A program made the translations under genes and the position numbers. Under the pieces are notes generated by a model. It had not been told where the DNA came from and did no database searches. It was given only the letters and a program-made list of their open reading frames with translations. This document shows positions 8,039 through 17,487 of a DNA stretch of 25,161 nt, piece after piece; the first letter of the stretch is position 1; the number at the start of each line of letters is the position of its first letter. This DNA comes from a virus (lineage: Duplodnaviria > Caudoviricetes): positions 1 to 25,161 of IMG/VR virus record IMGVR_UViG_3300033067_001831. The stretch is one strand, 5' to 3'.

Positions 8039-8220
8039 AAACGTTTTTAGTTCGATATAAGGATGAACACGGAGTCGAGAAGAAAAAGACGGTTGAGGCT
8101 GATAGCTATCGCGATCATCCGGCGACTTTGTTTTATCCCCGCTTGGTTCAATTTGTGATAGGCAAATACGTTTTGTCCAGCGAGGATACTTGGCGTGTTC
8201 TTGATATAAAGCAGTTATGA
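8035..8220 (+). CDS. Hypothetical protein (61 aa, MKTFLVRY)
   Basis: ATGA overlaps at both ends. Confidence 0.65.
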   Translation: MKTFLVRYKDEHGVEKKKTVEADSYRDHPATLFYPRLVQFVIGKYVLSSEDTWRVLDIKQL

Positions 8221-8501
8221 CCCGACTCTGCGGCGAGTGCTCGAAGCCCTGCAAGAAGTACGGTGCGCCTCGTCGCCTGGGTTCGTTCTTAGATCAGATC
8301 GTGACCTGCCCGAAATGTGGCTGGTGCGGTGTAGAAACGGAGGTTGTGGAAGATGAAGAATTTGTACAGTTGGATATGTTCGCTGGTGTTGATCTCTCTG
8401 GCTTGCCAGAGTTCGGCGCTCGCGCCCAATCAGGAGGCGGCGACGGAGGCACTACCGGCGACGCTGACCACGCCGGCGCAGGTTCAGGGCGTGAGTCGTG
8501 A
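8217..8501 (+). CDS. Zn-ribbon protein
   Basis: CGEC...CPKCGW; ATGA coupling. Confidence 0.55.
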   Translation: MTRLCGECSKPCKKYGAPRRLGSFLDQIVTCPKCGWCGVETEVVEDEEFVQLDMFAGVDLSGLPEFGARAQSGGGDGGTTGDADHAGAGSGRES

Positions 8502-8670
8502 AGTATGCGCGGAGTCGTTGTGGGTGCGGGTCAAGCCAATGGGGGAGCGGCGCGGGTTTGTCTCGCAAGGCGAGACGGTCCAAGTCTTTGAGTCTGTGGA
8601 AGGCTGGTCACAGATCGCGGCGGGCAAGTGGCGCGGGCTGTGGGTAAGAGAGTCGTGGTTGTGTGAGTGA
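8353..8670 (+). CDS. Lipoprotein with C-terminal SH3b-like domain
   Basis: MKN...LVLISLA-C lipobox, P/T/A linker, LWVR..P...G....GETVQV....GW..I....WV...WL. Confidence 0.7.
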   Translation: MKNLYSWICSLVLISLACQSSALAPNQEAATEALPATLTTPAQVQGVSREVCAESLWVRVKPMGERRGFVSQGETVQVFESVEGWSQIAAGKWRGLWVRESWLCE

Positions 8671-8671
8671 G

Positions 8672-8701
8672 AAAAGAGGACGGCGTAAGCCGTCCTCTTT
8701 T
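8672..8701. terminator. Bidirectional terminator between convergent operons
   Basis: AAAAGAGGACGGC-GTAA-GCCGTCCTCTTTT. Confidence 0.85.
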
Positions 8702-8964
8702 TATATTACTTCTTTCCAGGCTTCACGCTCGTTGAGCGTAGGGCTTGGGGTTGAAGTATCAATAAAGAATCTCCCTTGTCCCGTTTCATTTTTTCTGCCT
8801 TGCGAAGCGTAGACTTGAGAGCGAATTTCTTGAATAGTATCATCTTCGTCTGGAATTTCTGCGGTTTCCAGTGGGATGTTTGAAGAATGAGTAAAGGTCG
8901 GGATATCCGAGGTTTTGACGACATAGAAGATTTCTCCATCGAGTGGGTTGTATATCAGTAACAT
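8701..8964 (-). CDS. Small protein downstream of the tail spike (possible chaperone)
   Basis: SD AAGGTG; last gene of the late operon. Confidence 0.65.
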   Translation of the reverse strand: MLLIYNPLDGEIFYVVKTSDIPTFTHSSNIPLETAEIPDEDDTIQEIRSQVYASQGRKNETGQGRFFIDTSTPSPTLNEREAWKEVI

Positions 8965-8973
8965 GGTTTCACC

Positions 8974-11900
8974 TTAGTTGATATAAGAATATTGCGCGGC
9001 AACTGCGTCGGTGTTGGTCGTGCAACTTGTGTAAGATACAGCCGAGGAAGTCAATATACCTGCGACTGTATCGGCTCGCAAGCCCGTATCGCAGTTTCGG
9101 ATTTTTAGATTTCCAAATCCGGTTGTAGTCTGCCCTATGGCTGTTCCCCATACACGGAACCCATACGTAGCCTTATTGCCCCCGCCTGCGTCGCCCTCGA
9201 CTGTGCCGCCAAAAATCAATGCGTAAGCATTGCGAGAGCAGACTATGCCATGACCACTGTTATTTGCAGCTCGGAATAGGCAACGGCGTAAGACTGCATT
9301 TGCGCCTGAGTATGCAATGGAGATACAAGCAGAGGCGGCAGTTGTGTTGAAATAACTGTCGGTGCAGTTTTTGATAGATGCTCCGTTTACAAAGGCAGTG
9401 TAAAGATTGCAGACGGTGATATTGACTGTGGTGTATGGATTGATTTCGATTGAAAACCCTAGTGGCGTAGTGAGTCCAGTCAATTCTATATAAGTAAGGT
9501 TGACCAGACTTCCGAAAGAAGTTTGGAGCGACCTGATTTTTGTTCCCCATTCGTACACGTCTACATTCTGCGCCGTGGAAGATGCGGCAATATCTGCAAG
9601 GGTGAGTGCGTCATTCGTGTTCGACAAAATCATTCGATACACGGCATCGGTCTGGAAGTAGGCAATTTTAGAGGCGTAGGCATTTCCGGTGAACTGTGCC
9701 GTTTTGGTGACTGTCCCTGCGGTTGCTCCACTTCCAGCGGAGACGGTTGCCGATGTGACCGCTTCTAAAAGCGTCAATGTTCCCTTCCAAGTAACTTCTC
9801 CGTCTCCAATGCCGGTATTGATAATAATATCTTCGTTCCATGTTCCTGCGCCGAATTGGACGGTGATGTCATAGCCATTTTTATCAATGGTGGCAACGAC
9901 TGTATTTGCTTTCCCTGCGGTTAGAAATGCTCCGCCTGCGCTGTCTGTTAGTCCGTCATTGCTATCGCTTCCGTCTGTCCGCACATAATAAGTTCGGTCA
10001 GCGGATAGGGTTTCGCGCCCGCCTCCGCCCGCGGGTGTCGCCCAAGTCAGGTCTCCGCGTAAATACGTTGTATTATCCGCTGTCCCGCTTCCCAGGCGGG
10101 CGGTTGCCATTGTGCCGGATGTGATGTCGCTTGCCGCGTGGATGTGACCGAGCAAGGAATAAAGGGTGTCGGTATATGTCTTTAGGTTTGTCCAGCCTGC
10201 ATTTCTCCGTACATAATAGATTGAGTCGCTGGCGGCGTCTGCGAAGATGCCGAGAATGGTTATTGTCTGCGCGAGAGTCTTTTTGATCCACGTGCCCGCG
10301 CCATCCCCAACTTGAAAATCGTTAGCGGCGGTGGTGGTCGGTGGTGGGGTTCCGCCCGATACGACTAGATCGTCCACGGCTTCCGCGAGGGCTTGCAGGT
10401 TATTGACCGAGGGCGTCAGATTGCCGTCAAAGCCGGATGAGACTAGCGGGGTATAAGCCGCGACCCGTTCGATGGTCGAGGGCAGCGACCCGCCTTCCAC
10501 GCTATCAAAGAGCGCGAGCGAGCGGATTTCCTGATACCAGGCGGGGGATTTGGTTGAGTCGAATATCTCAATGATTGTCGTCATGGCATCGATGGGGAGA
10601 GTGGGGTCGAGAGTCCATGACGGCTCAAAATGGATGCGGTCGCCGTCTGTTATATCAAGACGTAAGGGCGCTTTCTGCAAGAAGAATTTATAGAATGGAT
10701 CTGTGTTTGTGGCTGGCGCCGAGGCTGTGCTTTCCAGATAACCGAGGTTCCACGCGGGGAAGGACGTATCGCCTTCGGTATTGACTGAGGCGGTCTCGTC
10801 TCTTGAAATGTAATGCACGGTGTTTGTGCCGTGAATGATCGAGGATGTCGGACCATCGAGGTACGAAAGGGAATAGTCCGCCTGCGCTGTCAGGATTTGC
10901 CAGTTGATCCCATCGGTCGAGGACGCAATTCTATTATCTCCATCCGAAGAAACCGCGATAAATACCGCGAGCGTGTCCGCCCATGTAACCGCTGTCCATA
11001 TCTGATTTGCGGGCGCGGTGCGGGATGTCCACGTAATGCCGTCCGGTGAAGTGGCGGCGAGGTTATCGCCCATCGCAAGAAACAGGTCAAGCGTGGGGGA
11101 GTAGGCGAGCGCGGTATAGGTTCCTGCGGGGATCGTTCGCTCTGTCCACGTGATACCGTCCGGCGAGGTGGCGCACTTGGACGCGCCGACGGCTATAAAG
11201 AGGGAATTGGCGTAGATGATCTTATGGTACGTTCCTGCGGGGATGGTTCGGCTTGTCCATGATGAGCCGTTGACGGATGTGTACGCGCTATCTACTCCGA
11301 CAGCGGCGAGCGTGCCGACGCCATCGGTTGCTACGGATGCGAGTGAAGTTCCTGTAATGTCGCTTGTTTCGACTTTCGTTCCTGTCCCTGCTAGTAGCCT
11401 GAGAAGTTTCTGCGAGAAGGCGAGGTATGTATATGAGCCTGTTGCGATAGTTCTTTGAGTCCATGTTGTGCCATCTGGCGACGTGATAATGTCATTTGCT
11501 CCGCCTGCAACAAATAGGCTTATGTCTTTACACCAAATAACAGAATAGTAGTCTATATTTGGCGTTGTTCGGCTTGTCCATGATGTGCCATTGCTGGATG
11601 TTTTTATTCTTGATCCTGCGCCTGCACTGAGGACTGCAACAAATAAGCTTTGTTCTATAGAGCAAGTGACATCATTCCATAAATTGGTGCTGTCTCGTTC
11701 TGTCCACGTTGTGCCATCGGGTGACGATAGGATTTTAGCTCCAACAATTACGAATAATGAGAGTGCGGGGGACCAGGCTGCTTTATAGTAGGTGTTGCCT
11801 GAAAAGTCCGCTGTCTCTGTCCATGACGTGCCGTTTGTGGATGTATACGCCTTTGCCCCTACGGCGACAAAGAGGGCTAGTTCTGCTGACCAAACAATCC

Positions 11901-13155
11901 CTGATAATCCTAGTGTTCCGGTTCTGGCTGTCCATGTAGTGCCGTCCGGCGAGGTGGCGACGTAGTTAGTTTGATTGGATACTGCTACGAATAAACTCAA
12001 TTCTGGCGACCAGCATATATCGCGCCAGTCGCCTTCGGGTAGTGTTCTTTCTGTCCAAGTGATGCCGTCCGCGGATGTGGCGGCTTTTGAAGTTCCGCCG
12101 TCTGGATACGCAATCGCGGCGAATATTTCAAGTTCTGGCGACCAGACAGCGGCAACCCAACCGTATCCGCTCGGCATGGTTCTGGTTGTCCAGGTGTGGG
12201 AATAACTATTTAGATAAGTGATCGTCCAAGTTGTGCCGTTTGCGCTTCTGGCGGTCGCTCCAATAGCAACGGCAACGAATAAAGCGATGGATGAGTCCCA
12301 AGTGATGCCTGTCCAGTTGTAATCTTCAATCGTCCTCGTCGTCCACGTCACGCCATCGGGTGACGACATAGCGACGCCATCACCAACGGCGGCGAATAAA
12401 TCCAAAGAGGGCGAGTACGCGACGGCATTTGTGAAGTGCGGCGCGTCGGTCTTGGTGTACGCGAGTCCGTCCGCTGATCGCGCGGTTTCATGGCTTCCGC
12501 TTGAAGCTGTGAGGATCAGTAAAGAGTCATTATAGATAATGTCTTTCCATGCGCTTTGCTCCGTGGTGGCATGGTAAAAGACAAGTTCTTTCGGGCTGCG
12601 CTCGTAGCATTGGATGAGGTACTTTTGCCGAATGAGGTTTAGAAAACGCTCGGCTTTATTGAGAATGACCTGTTTGCCTGTGGCGAGGAATTGGTAATCC
12701 AACCATGCCGCGCCGGTGTCTTTGAAAACCGCCGTCTTGCCGATCTCCGTACAAAAGGCGGTAATCACATTCTCGTAGGTGTCGTCGCCGTCGATGATTA
12801 TTTTCTGGTCGGGGAACGATGAACCGCTGACCTTGATCCGTCCTGCTGTCTCTGTGAAGTTTGTGACGAAATACAAGCCGGATTGCGTGACATATTCCAC
12901 GCCAGAGATAGAGACTCCGCGCTCGATCACAAAGACGGTGAAATCTGAGACCGTGTAATCATTGTCCTCTGAAATCAACGCGGCTTCGGCTTCGGTGCCT
13001 GAGATCTTGAATTTATTCGTCTGCCATGTCTGTTCCGGCACGGTCGGCGCGGCATTATAGGCGGCGAGGTCCAGCCAGGTTTTTACGCGCAGGATGGTTT
13101 CGCCTTGCTGGTTGGAGATGGCATCAAGCAGGGTTTGGGAAACAGTACGTGACAT
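8974..13155 (-). CDS. Tail spike/receptor-binding protein with Asp-box beta-propeller repeats and C-terminal beta-helix
   Basis: 13 clear SxDGxTWT-type repeats; HIHAASDITSG and YYVRTDGSDSNDG tail-fibre motifs; position in the structural operon. Confidence 0.8.
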   Translation of the reverse strand: MSRTVSQTLLDAISNQQGETILRVKTWLDLAAYNAAPTVPEQTWQTNKFKISGTEAEAALISEDNDYTVSDFTVFVIERGVSISGVEYVTQSGLYFVTNFTETAGRIKVSGSSFPDQKIIIDGDDTYENVITAFCTEIGKTAVFKDTGAAWLDYQFLATGKQVILNKAERFLNLIRQKYLIQCYERSPKELVFYHATTEQSAWKDIIYNDSLLILTASSGSHETARSADGLAYTKTDAPHFTNAVAYSPSLDLFAAVGDGVAMSSPDGVTWTTRTIEDYNWTGITWDSSIALFVAVAIGATARSANGTTWTITYLNSYSHTWTTRTMPSGYGWVAAVWSPELEIFAAIAYPDGGTSKAATSADGITWTERTLPEGDWRDICWSPELSLFVAVSNQTNYVATSPDGTTWTARTGTLGLSGIVWSAELALFVAVGAKAYTSTNGTSWTETADFSGNTYYKAAWSPALSLFVIVGAKILSSPDGTTWTERDSTNLWNDVTCSIEQSLFVAVLSAGAGSRIKTSSNGTSWTSRTTPNIDYYSVIWCKDISLFVAGGANDIITSPDGTTWTQRTIATGSYTYLAFSQKLLRLLAGTGTKVETSDITGTSLASVATDGVGTLAAVGVDSAYTSVNGSSWTSRTIPAGTYHKIIYANSLFIAVGASKCATSPDGITWTERTIPAGTYTALAYSPTLDLFLAMGDNLAATSPDGITWTSRTAPANQIWTAVTWADTLAVFIAVSSDGDNRIASSTDGINWQILTAQADYSLSYLDGPTSSIIHGTNTVHYISRDETASVNTEGDTSFPAWNLGYLESTASAPATNTDPFYKFFLQKAPLRLDITDGDRIHFEPSWTLDPTLPIDAMTTIIEIFDSTKSPAWYQEIRSLALFDSVEGGSLPSTIERVAAYTPLVSSGFDGNLTPSVNNLQALAEAVDDLVVSGGTPPPTTTAANDFQVGDGAGTWIKKTLAQTITILGIFADAASDSIYYVRRNAGWTNLKTYTDTLYSLLGHIHAASDITSGTMATARLGSGTADNTTYLRGDLTWATPAGGGGRETLSADRTYYVRTDGSDSNDGLTDSAGGAFLTAGKANTVVATIDKNGYDITVQFGAGTWNEDIIINTGIGDGEVTWKGTLTLLEAVTSATVSAGSGATAGTVTKTAQFTGNAYASKIAYFQTDAVYRMILSNTNDALTLADIAASSTAQNVDVYEWGTKIRSLQTSFGSLVNLTYIELTGLTTPLGFSIEINPYTTVNITVCNLYTAFVNGASIKNCTDSYFNTTAASACISIAYSGANAVLRRCLFRAANNSGHGIVCSRNAYALIFGGTVEGDAGGGNKATYGFRVWGTAIGQTTTGFGNLKIRNCDTGLRADTVAGILTSSAVSYTSCTTNTDAVAAQYSYIN

Positions 13156-13797
13156 TTAGACTGTCCAGCCGTGATAACTGTCATTCCATGCGGCGGTGTT
13201 CGGTTCTGAGACCGGCGCTCTGCGGTCGCGCTGGTAGGCGGCAAGTCCCATTTCATACGCCATGCGGAAGTGTCCCATAATTTCGCGGTAGTTGTCTGAT
13301 ACGCTTTGTTGCAGGTTGATCGTCTCAATGCGCGAGGCGGCGCGGAAGGCAAGGGCTTCTGCACATGCGCCGTCTACAATCACTTGATCGAGCCTTGCGC
13401 TTGGGGTGCTTTCGGTTTCAGAGTCCAGTCCGCTGATCGTGTGGGGGATGGTGTAACGCGCGAGAATTTCGCCGGTATCGAGCGGGATACGCAAGCGAAA
13501 GAATAACCGTTCATCCTCGCTGTACGCATCGAAGGCGAGCGGGAAATGATCCTCGTCGTCGTCCCATTCGAGGATGTCCAGTATTGACATGGCGCGTGAG
13601 TCCTCGTCACTGAGTTCGTATTCTTTTTGATCGGCAACAACGTCAATGCGCGTGCCTGCATTGATAGGTGCGCGTTCGTTGACATTCTTCAAGGTGGCGC
13701 GAAGTGCGGCGGTGAGGGTCGCCGTGGTGAAGCGCGTCCCATCGTCTACAAGCTGCGCCTGGACTTGCGTAATGAGTTGGGTAAGGGTTTGCGCCAT
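13156..13797 (-). CDS. Probable head-tail adaptor protein
   Basis: MAQTLTQLITQVQAQL-D start, ADQKEYEL, VIVDGAC helical pattern typical of adaptors; GAGGA SD. Confidence 0.6.
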   Translation of the reverse strand: MAQTLTQLITQVQAQLVDDGTRFTTATLTAALRATLKNVNERAPINAGTRIDVVADQKEYELSDEDSRAMSILDILEWDDDEDHFPLAFDAYSEDERLFFRLRIPLDTGEILARYTIPHTISGLDSETESTPSARLDQVIVDGACAEALAFRAASRIETINLQQSVSDNYREIMGHFRMAYEMGLAAYQRDRRAPVSEPNTAAWNDSYHGWTV

Positions 13798-13991
13798 GTT
13801 TCCTCAAATGTTTTGATTTCTTTGATCTGTTCTTCCACCAGAAAGGACAGAAAATTTAGCTGAGTTTCAAGATCGGCAATGCGGTTGCCCTGCCGTTCGA
13901 TAATGACCAGGCACGTCAGTAACGCGCCTCGCGTTTCGATCTGCTCTCTGTGCGTGAACGGGAGTTTGAATAAAAGAGCAGGGTGTTTCAT
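13746..13991 (-). CDS. Hypothetical coiled-coil protein
   Basis: Fills the gap between the holin-like gene and the adaptor; no clear SD. Confidence 0.4.
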   Translation of the reverse strand: MKHPALLFKLPFTHREQIETRGALLTCLVIIERQGNRIADLETQLNFLSFLVEEQIKEIKTFEETWRKPLPNSLRKSRRSL

Positions 13992-13998
13992 GGGTTGC

Positions 13999-14031
13999 GC
14001 GGACGCCCGCATGTTGGTTGCGGGCGTCCGC
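13999..14031. repeat. 13-bp perfect hairpin within the late operon
   Basis: GCGGACGCCCGCA-TGTTGGT-TGCGGGCGTCCGC. Confidence 0.7.
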
Positions 14032-14046
14032 TGTTGGAGGGGGGAA

Positions 14047-14319
14047 CTAGGAACGAATACCGCTGATGCGGGTCGCGATCTTCATTGCGACATCGTATCC
14101 GCCTGCGGCGGCGATGGTCAGAACGATGGTGTTGAGCAGCACGTCGATAAAGGGCGCAACGGGGGGCAGGGCTTCACTGAGAAGCGGGGCAAAGCCGAAG
14201 AACAACGCGACAAAGAACGCGGCGGCGAGTGCCTTATTACCTTTGAGTTGGAATTGGGTCGTAAAGAACGCGGTCAACGCGACAATGAACCCAACAGTTC
14301 CGAGGGTAGGGAGTTCCAT
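14047..14319 (-). CDS. Holin-like membrane protein
   Basis: 90 aa, about three TM segments, AAAGGYD motif, basic C-terminus. Confidence 0.65.
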   Translation of the reverse strand: MELPTLGTVGFIVALTAFFTTQFQLKGNKALAAAFFVALFFGFAPLLSEALPPVAPFIDVLLNTIVLTIAAAGGYDVAMKIATRISGIRS

Positions 14320-14321
14320 GA

Positions 14322-14558
14322 TTAGCCTTCTTTCTTTTTCTTGATCGGTTTTTCAGAAGGAGCGGACGCTTCGGGCGCAACGTCCGCGACGATGCCGGCT
14401 TGCGGTTCGAGGTTGGAGATGGCAAGCTGTAACTGGCTTTCGGTCATGGTCAATTTGGGACCCGTGGAAAGAACGAACGTGATTTCTTTGCCGTTGACCT
14501 TATGAGCGAGGATTGCCGCCCCTTTCAGGGCGGCGTATTGCTTGGCGAGTTCGAGCAT
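14322..14558 (-). CDS. Hypothetical protein
   Basis: Tightly packed between neighbours; basic tail. Confidence 0.6.
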   Translation of the reverse strand: MLELAKQYAALKGAAILAHKVNGKEITFVLSTGPKLTMTESQLQLAISNLEPQAGIVADVAPEASAPSEKPIKKKKEG

Positions 14559-14560
14559 GA

Positions 14561-15067
14561 TTACGCTCGGAAGGTGTAATTGACCGTTGCGCCGAGGATT
14601 TCCAGCACGGTTCCAGCAGCGCAGACTGCCACGACTTTGAGCAAGTAATACTCGTCATTGTCGATGTAGGCGGGAGTCGTGACCGTGAATTTGTCCTTAT
14701 GCTGGTCCACGGTAGCGGCGGTACTGGCAGGGGTCAGAAGTTGAGTCCCTGTGATGGCAGTAACCACAGCAACGGCGGTATCCGCTCCGCGTGTGACCTT
14801 GTTCATCGTGATAGTGATGGAGGTCGCGGCGCTGGTGCGGATTTCATAATCCAATTCCACGGATGCGATCATCGAGCCTTTGAGCGCGACGGCATTGCCA
14901 GGCACAACGAGGGGGACGGTGATCGTGCTCGTTTCCGCGCCTGCGGTCTTGATCTTGACGATGGTATTACTGACCTGACCGGCGGCGTCTGCCCAAGTGC
15001 CGGTGACGTAATTCATCATGTTTGGCGAGATGTACTGTGCCATTGCGGTATCGTGTACGTAACCCAT
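14561..15067 (-). CDS. Beta-rich virion protein (capsid decoration candidate)
   Basis: SD AAAGGAG; T/A/V-rich; directly after the capsid gene. Confidence 0.6.
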   Translation of the reverse strand: MGYVHDTAMAQYISPNMMNYVTGTWADAAGQVSNTIVKIKTAGAETSTITVPLVVPGNAVALKGSMIASVELDYEIRTSAATSITITMNKVTRGADTAVAVVTAITGTQLLTPASTAATVDQHKDKFTVTTPAYIDNDEYYLLKVVAVCAAGTVLEILGATVNYTFRA

Positions 15068-15116
15068 GAGATGTACTCCTTTTCACTGGCGTAGGGTGTC
15101 GTCAGTGTGACTAAAT

Positions 15117-15144
15117 CCCCGCGCGGATTTGCACCCGCGCGGGG
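15117..15144. repeat. 10-bp hairpin after the capsid gene
   Basis: CCCCGCGCGG-ATTTGCAC-CCGCGCGGGG. Confidence 0.6.
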
Positions 15145-15153
15145 TGAATACGA

Positions 15154-17487
15154 TTATCCAGCGACGTTGGATTTATGCAACGGAAGATCATCCGCCACGC
15201 CCACGGTCACGAACTGGCGCACCTTGAGGCGGCTTTCGTCGTTTGCGAACATGGCAGGGTCGATCTCCGAGGATGCCGAGAAGATCTGCGGCTTGACCCC
15301 GAAGATATGCCCAACCATGATGCCAGGGCGCAACTTCGGATCAATGACTGCCGCCCAATCGGTAGCGTCGCTCCATTCGGGGACAGCCAACGGGGTGACA
15401 CGTCCGCCCCAACGAGGGGATACGGCGGCGACGTTCTGCGCCTGCGCTTCCCAACGGGGGAGGAACAAGGCTTCGGCGGCTTGGATCAGGTCAGCCGGAA
15501 CGAGGCAGAACGCGGGTTTCAGAGCCTGCGGTTTGCCTGTGCCATAGTAGCCGGTCGCGTTCTTGACCAATAACTTTTTCTTGTACATCGCGGTCGCGAC
15601 GGCATCCCAAGCGGTGTAGGTCGTGCCTAATGCGGTGGTCAGCAAATTGGCATGTCCGCCTGCGGTGGTCTGCGCGGTGCTATTGAACAACGCGCCTCCG
15701 TCCGTCATGGTCGGACCCGCTCCGCTGTTCACGGTGAAGATCGCGGCAACCAATTCAGAGACTAAGCGCATGCCTGCCATAGCCAACTCGCGCGGCATTT
15801 GGATAAAGGCGTCGAGGTCGTCATTGATCACGCTCTCCAACGTCAAGGGGACGTATCCGCCGTACTTGGTGAAGTCCGAAGTTTCCTTGATATCACCAAT
15901 GCCAAGCTCGGTATATTCTCCGCGCTCTGCCACGGTCGGGAGGGTGGCAATCGTGCCGGTACGAACCCAAGTGACGGTTTTCAAGTCTTTCTGCTTCTTG
16001 ATGGTGACGATTTTCTTCCACCAACCATAAGCCTCATCGAAATCGTCCCAGGCTTGATTGAGGATCTTGTTCTGCACGTTGGCAACGATGCTAGGGAAGT
16101 TGGCAGAGACAAGCGCAAATTCGGGATGAAACCCGCCAGTGAAATACTGGTCGCCGGTCGCTTTGAGATAGGCGTCACGCAAACCTTGCAGCGCATGAAC
16201 CTTGCGGTTCTTGTCCTTTTCTTCACGCTCGACTCCGAACATATCGGACATGGCGAGCGTGAAATCTTCCTTCACGTCATACATGCCGGTAATACGTCCG
16301 GGTCCCGCGATATTCTGCGCGTCCATCACGGCGGAGAGTTCCTTGCGGGCTTCCTCGATGGTGGCGGACAACTGCACGGCTTCAAAGACCTTACCCGCGT
16401 ACTGTTTGCGGATACGTTCCTGAGTGGGGAGGGGCAGGCGCGAGTTGGACAGTCCAGCGGTCAAAAGATATTCGCACATGGCGATATTGGTCTGTTCGCT
16501 TTTCTGTAACTGCGCATCAAGTTCCTGCTGGCGTTGGGTTTCGCCCAAGAGGGCGGCGGCGGCTTGGACATTGCGGTCAAGCTGCGCTTCGGTTTCGCTC
16601 TGATCTTCAATCGCTTCGAGTGTGACTTCTTCGGACACGCCCTCGGCGTTCGTGATCTCGGCTTTGAACTTTTTCTTAGCCATTCGTATTACTCCTTTTT
16701 GATTTGACGATACGCGCGAGGCGCGTTGATCCTCCGTGCGTCCACGGTTGATTTCTTGTAAGAATTTCCCGCCTCTGGCGGGGTCGATCACGACATCCAC
16801 GGATTTGACAGAAACGATCTGCTTGACGTTGCCATCCTTTTCGAGTTGCACCCGCAGGACAGTTGAAAAACCGACTGCCTCCATGATGGCGGGGTTGCCT
16901 TTCGCCGCGTCTCTGAGGGAGGTTAGCACTTCGGCGGAAGGTCCAGAGGGTTTGATTGTGCCGCGTATGCCACGATGCGCAGAGTCCCATTGTGCGCCGT
17001 AGATGGTTCCCGCTAAGTCTCGCACAGAGGGAGAGTTTCCGAGACCGGCATGGTCAATAAATACCGGCTTGCCTTCGTAGAGGGGGACAGCGGATTGCAA
17101 GGCGAGCGCGGAAAACCGGATGCCGTGTCCTTTGGCTTCGCCCTCGTCAATGGCGAGGATGTCAAAACCTTCTTCTGTGGCGGTGACGGTGGCTTTCAGG
17201 GCGTATTCTTTTGTTTGCATGGGTTTGTCCTTTGGTTGTTCAGATAAGGCGAGGTACTCCGCGCCGAGTGTGCCGGCAAGCATTTCTCCGCGTAAAGGAA
17301 CGGCGTCAAGATTGCCGGATGGTTCTTCTTCGGTTTCTACAAGGTGGCAGGTGCAATGTTCTTTGCAGTACAAAGAGTCGTGACCTGGCTTGAGCCCATC
17401 CCATGTATCCGCGCTGTGGATTTGTCCGTGAAGCGCGGCACAGGAAGGGCAGGGGTTGGCAGAGGTAGAGACCCAACGAAATTTCAT
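15154..17487 (-). CDS. Fusion of MuF-like Cys motif, prohead protease, scaffold and Mu gpT-like major capsid protein
   Basis: CPSCAALHG...CKEHCTC; VFIDH...GFS...SVDVVIDPARGG; coiled coil; LPTVAERGEY, KYGGYVPLTLESVINDDL, DGGALF capsid motifs. Confidence 0.85.
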   Translation of the reverse strand: MKFRWVSTSANPCPSCAALHGQIHSADTWDGLKPGHDSLYCKEHCTCHLVETEEEPSGNLDAVPLRGEMLAGTLGAEYLALSEQPKDKPMQTKEYALKATVTATEEGFDILAIDEGEAKGHGIRFSALALQSAVPLYEGKPVFIDHAGLGNSPSVRDLAGTIYGAQWDSAHRGIRGTIKPSGPSAEVLTSLRDAAKGNPAIMEAVGFSTVLRVQLEKDGNVKQIVSVKSVDVVIDPARGGKFLQEINRGRTEDQRASRVSSNQKGVIRMAKKKFKAEITNAEGVSEEVTLEAIEDQSETEAQLDRNVQAAAALLGETQRQQELDAQLQKSEQTNIAMCEYLLTAGLSNSRLPLPTQERIRKQYAGKVFEAVQLSATIEEARKELSAVMDAQNIAGPGRITGMYDVKEDFTLAMSDMFGVEREEKDKNRKVHALQGLRDAYLKATGDQYFTGGFHPEFALVSANFPSIVANVQNKILNQAWDDFDEAYGWWKKIVTIKKQKDLKTVTWVRTGTIATLPTVAERGEYTELGIGDIKETSDFTKYGGYVPLTLESVINDDLDAFIQMPRELAMAGMRLVSELVAAIFTVNSGAGPTMTDGGALFNSTAQTTAGGHANLLTTALGTTYTAWDAVATAMYKKKLLVKNATGYYGTGKPQALKPAFCLVPADLIQAAEALFLPRWEAQAQNVAAVSPRWGGRVTPLAVPEWSDATDWAAVIDPKLRPGIMVGHIFGVKPQIFSASSEIDPAMFANDESRLKVRQFVTVGVADDLPLHKSNVAG

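Noticed and set aside
8974-13155. Diversity-generating retroelement or invertible tail cassette
   Set aside because: No reverse transcriptase, no TR/VR pair and no invertase or flanking inverted sites seen; the repeats are protein-level Asp-boxes
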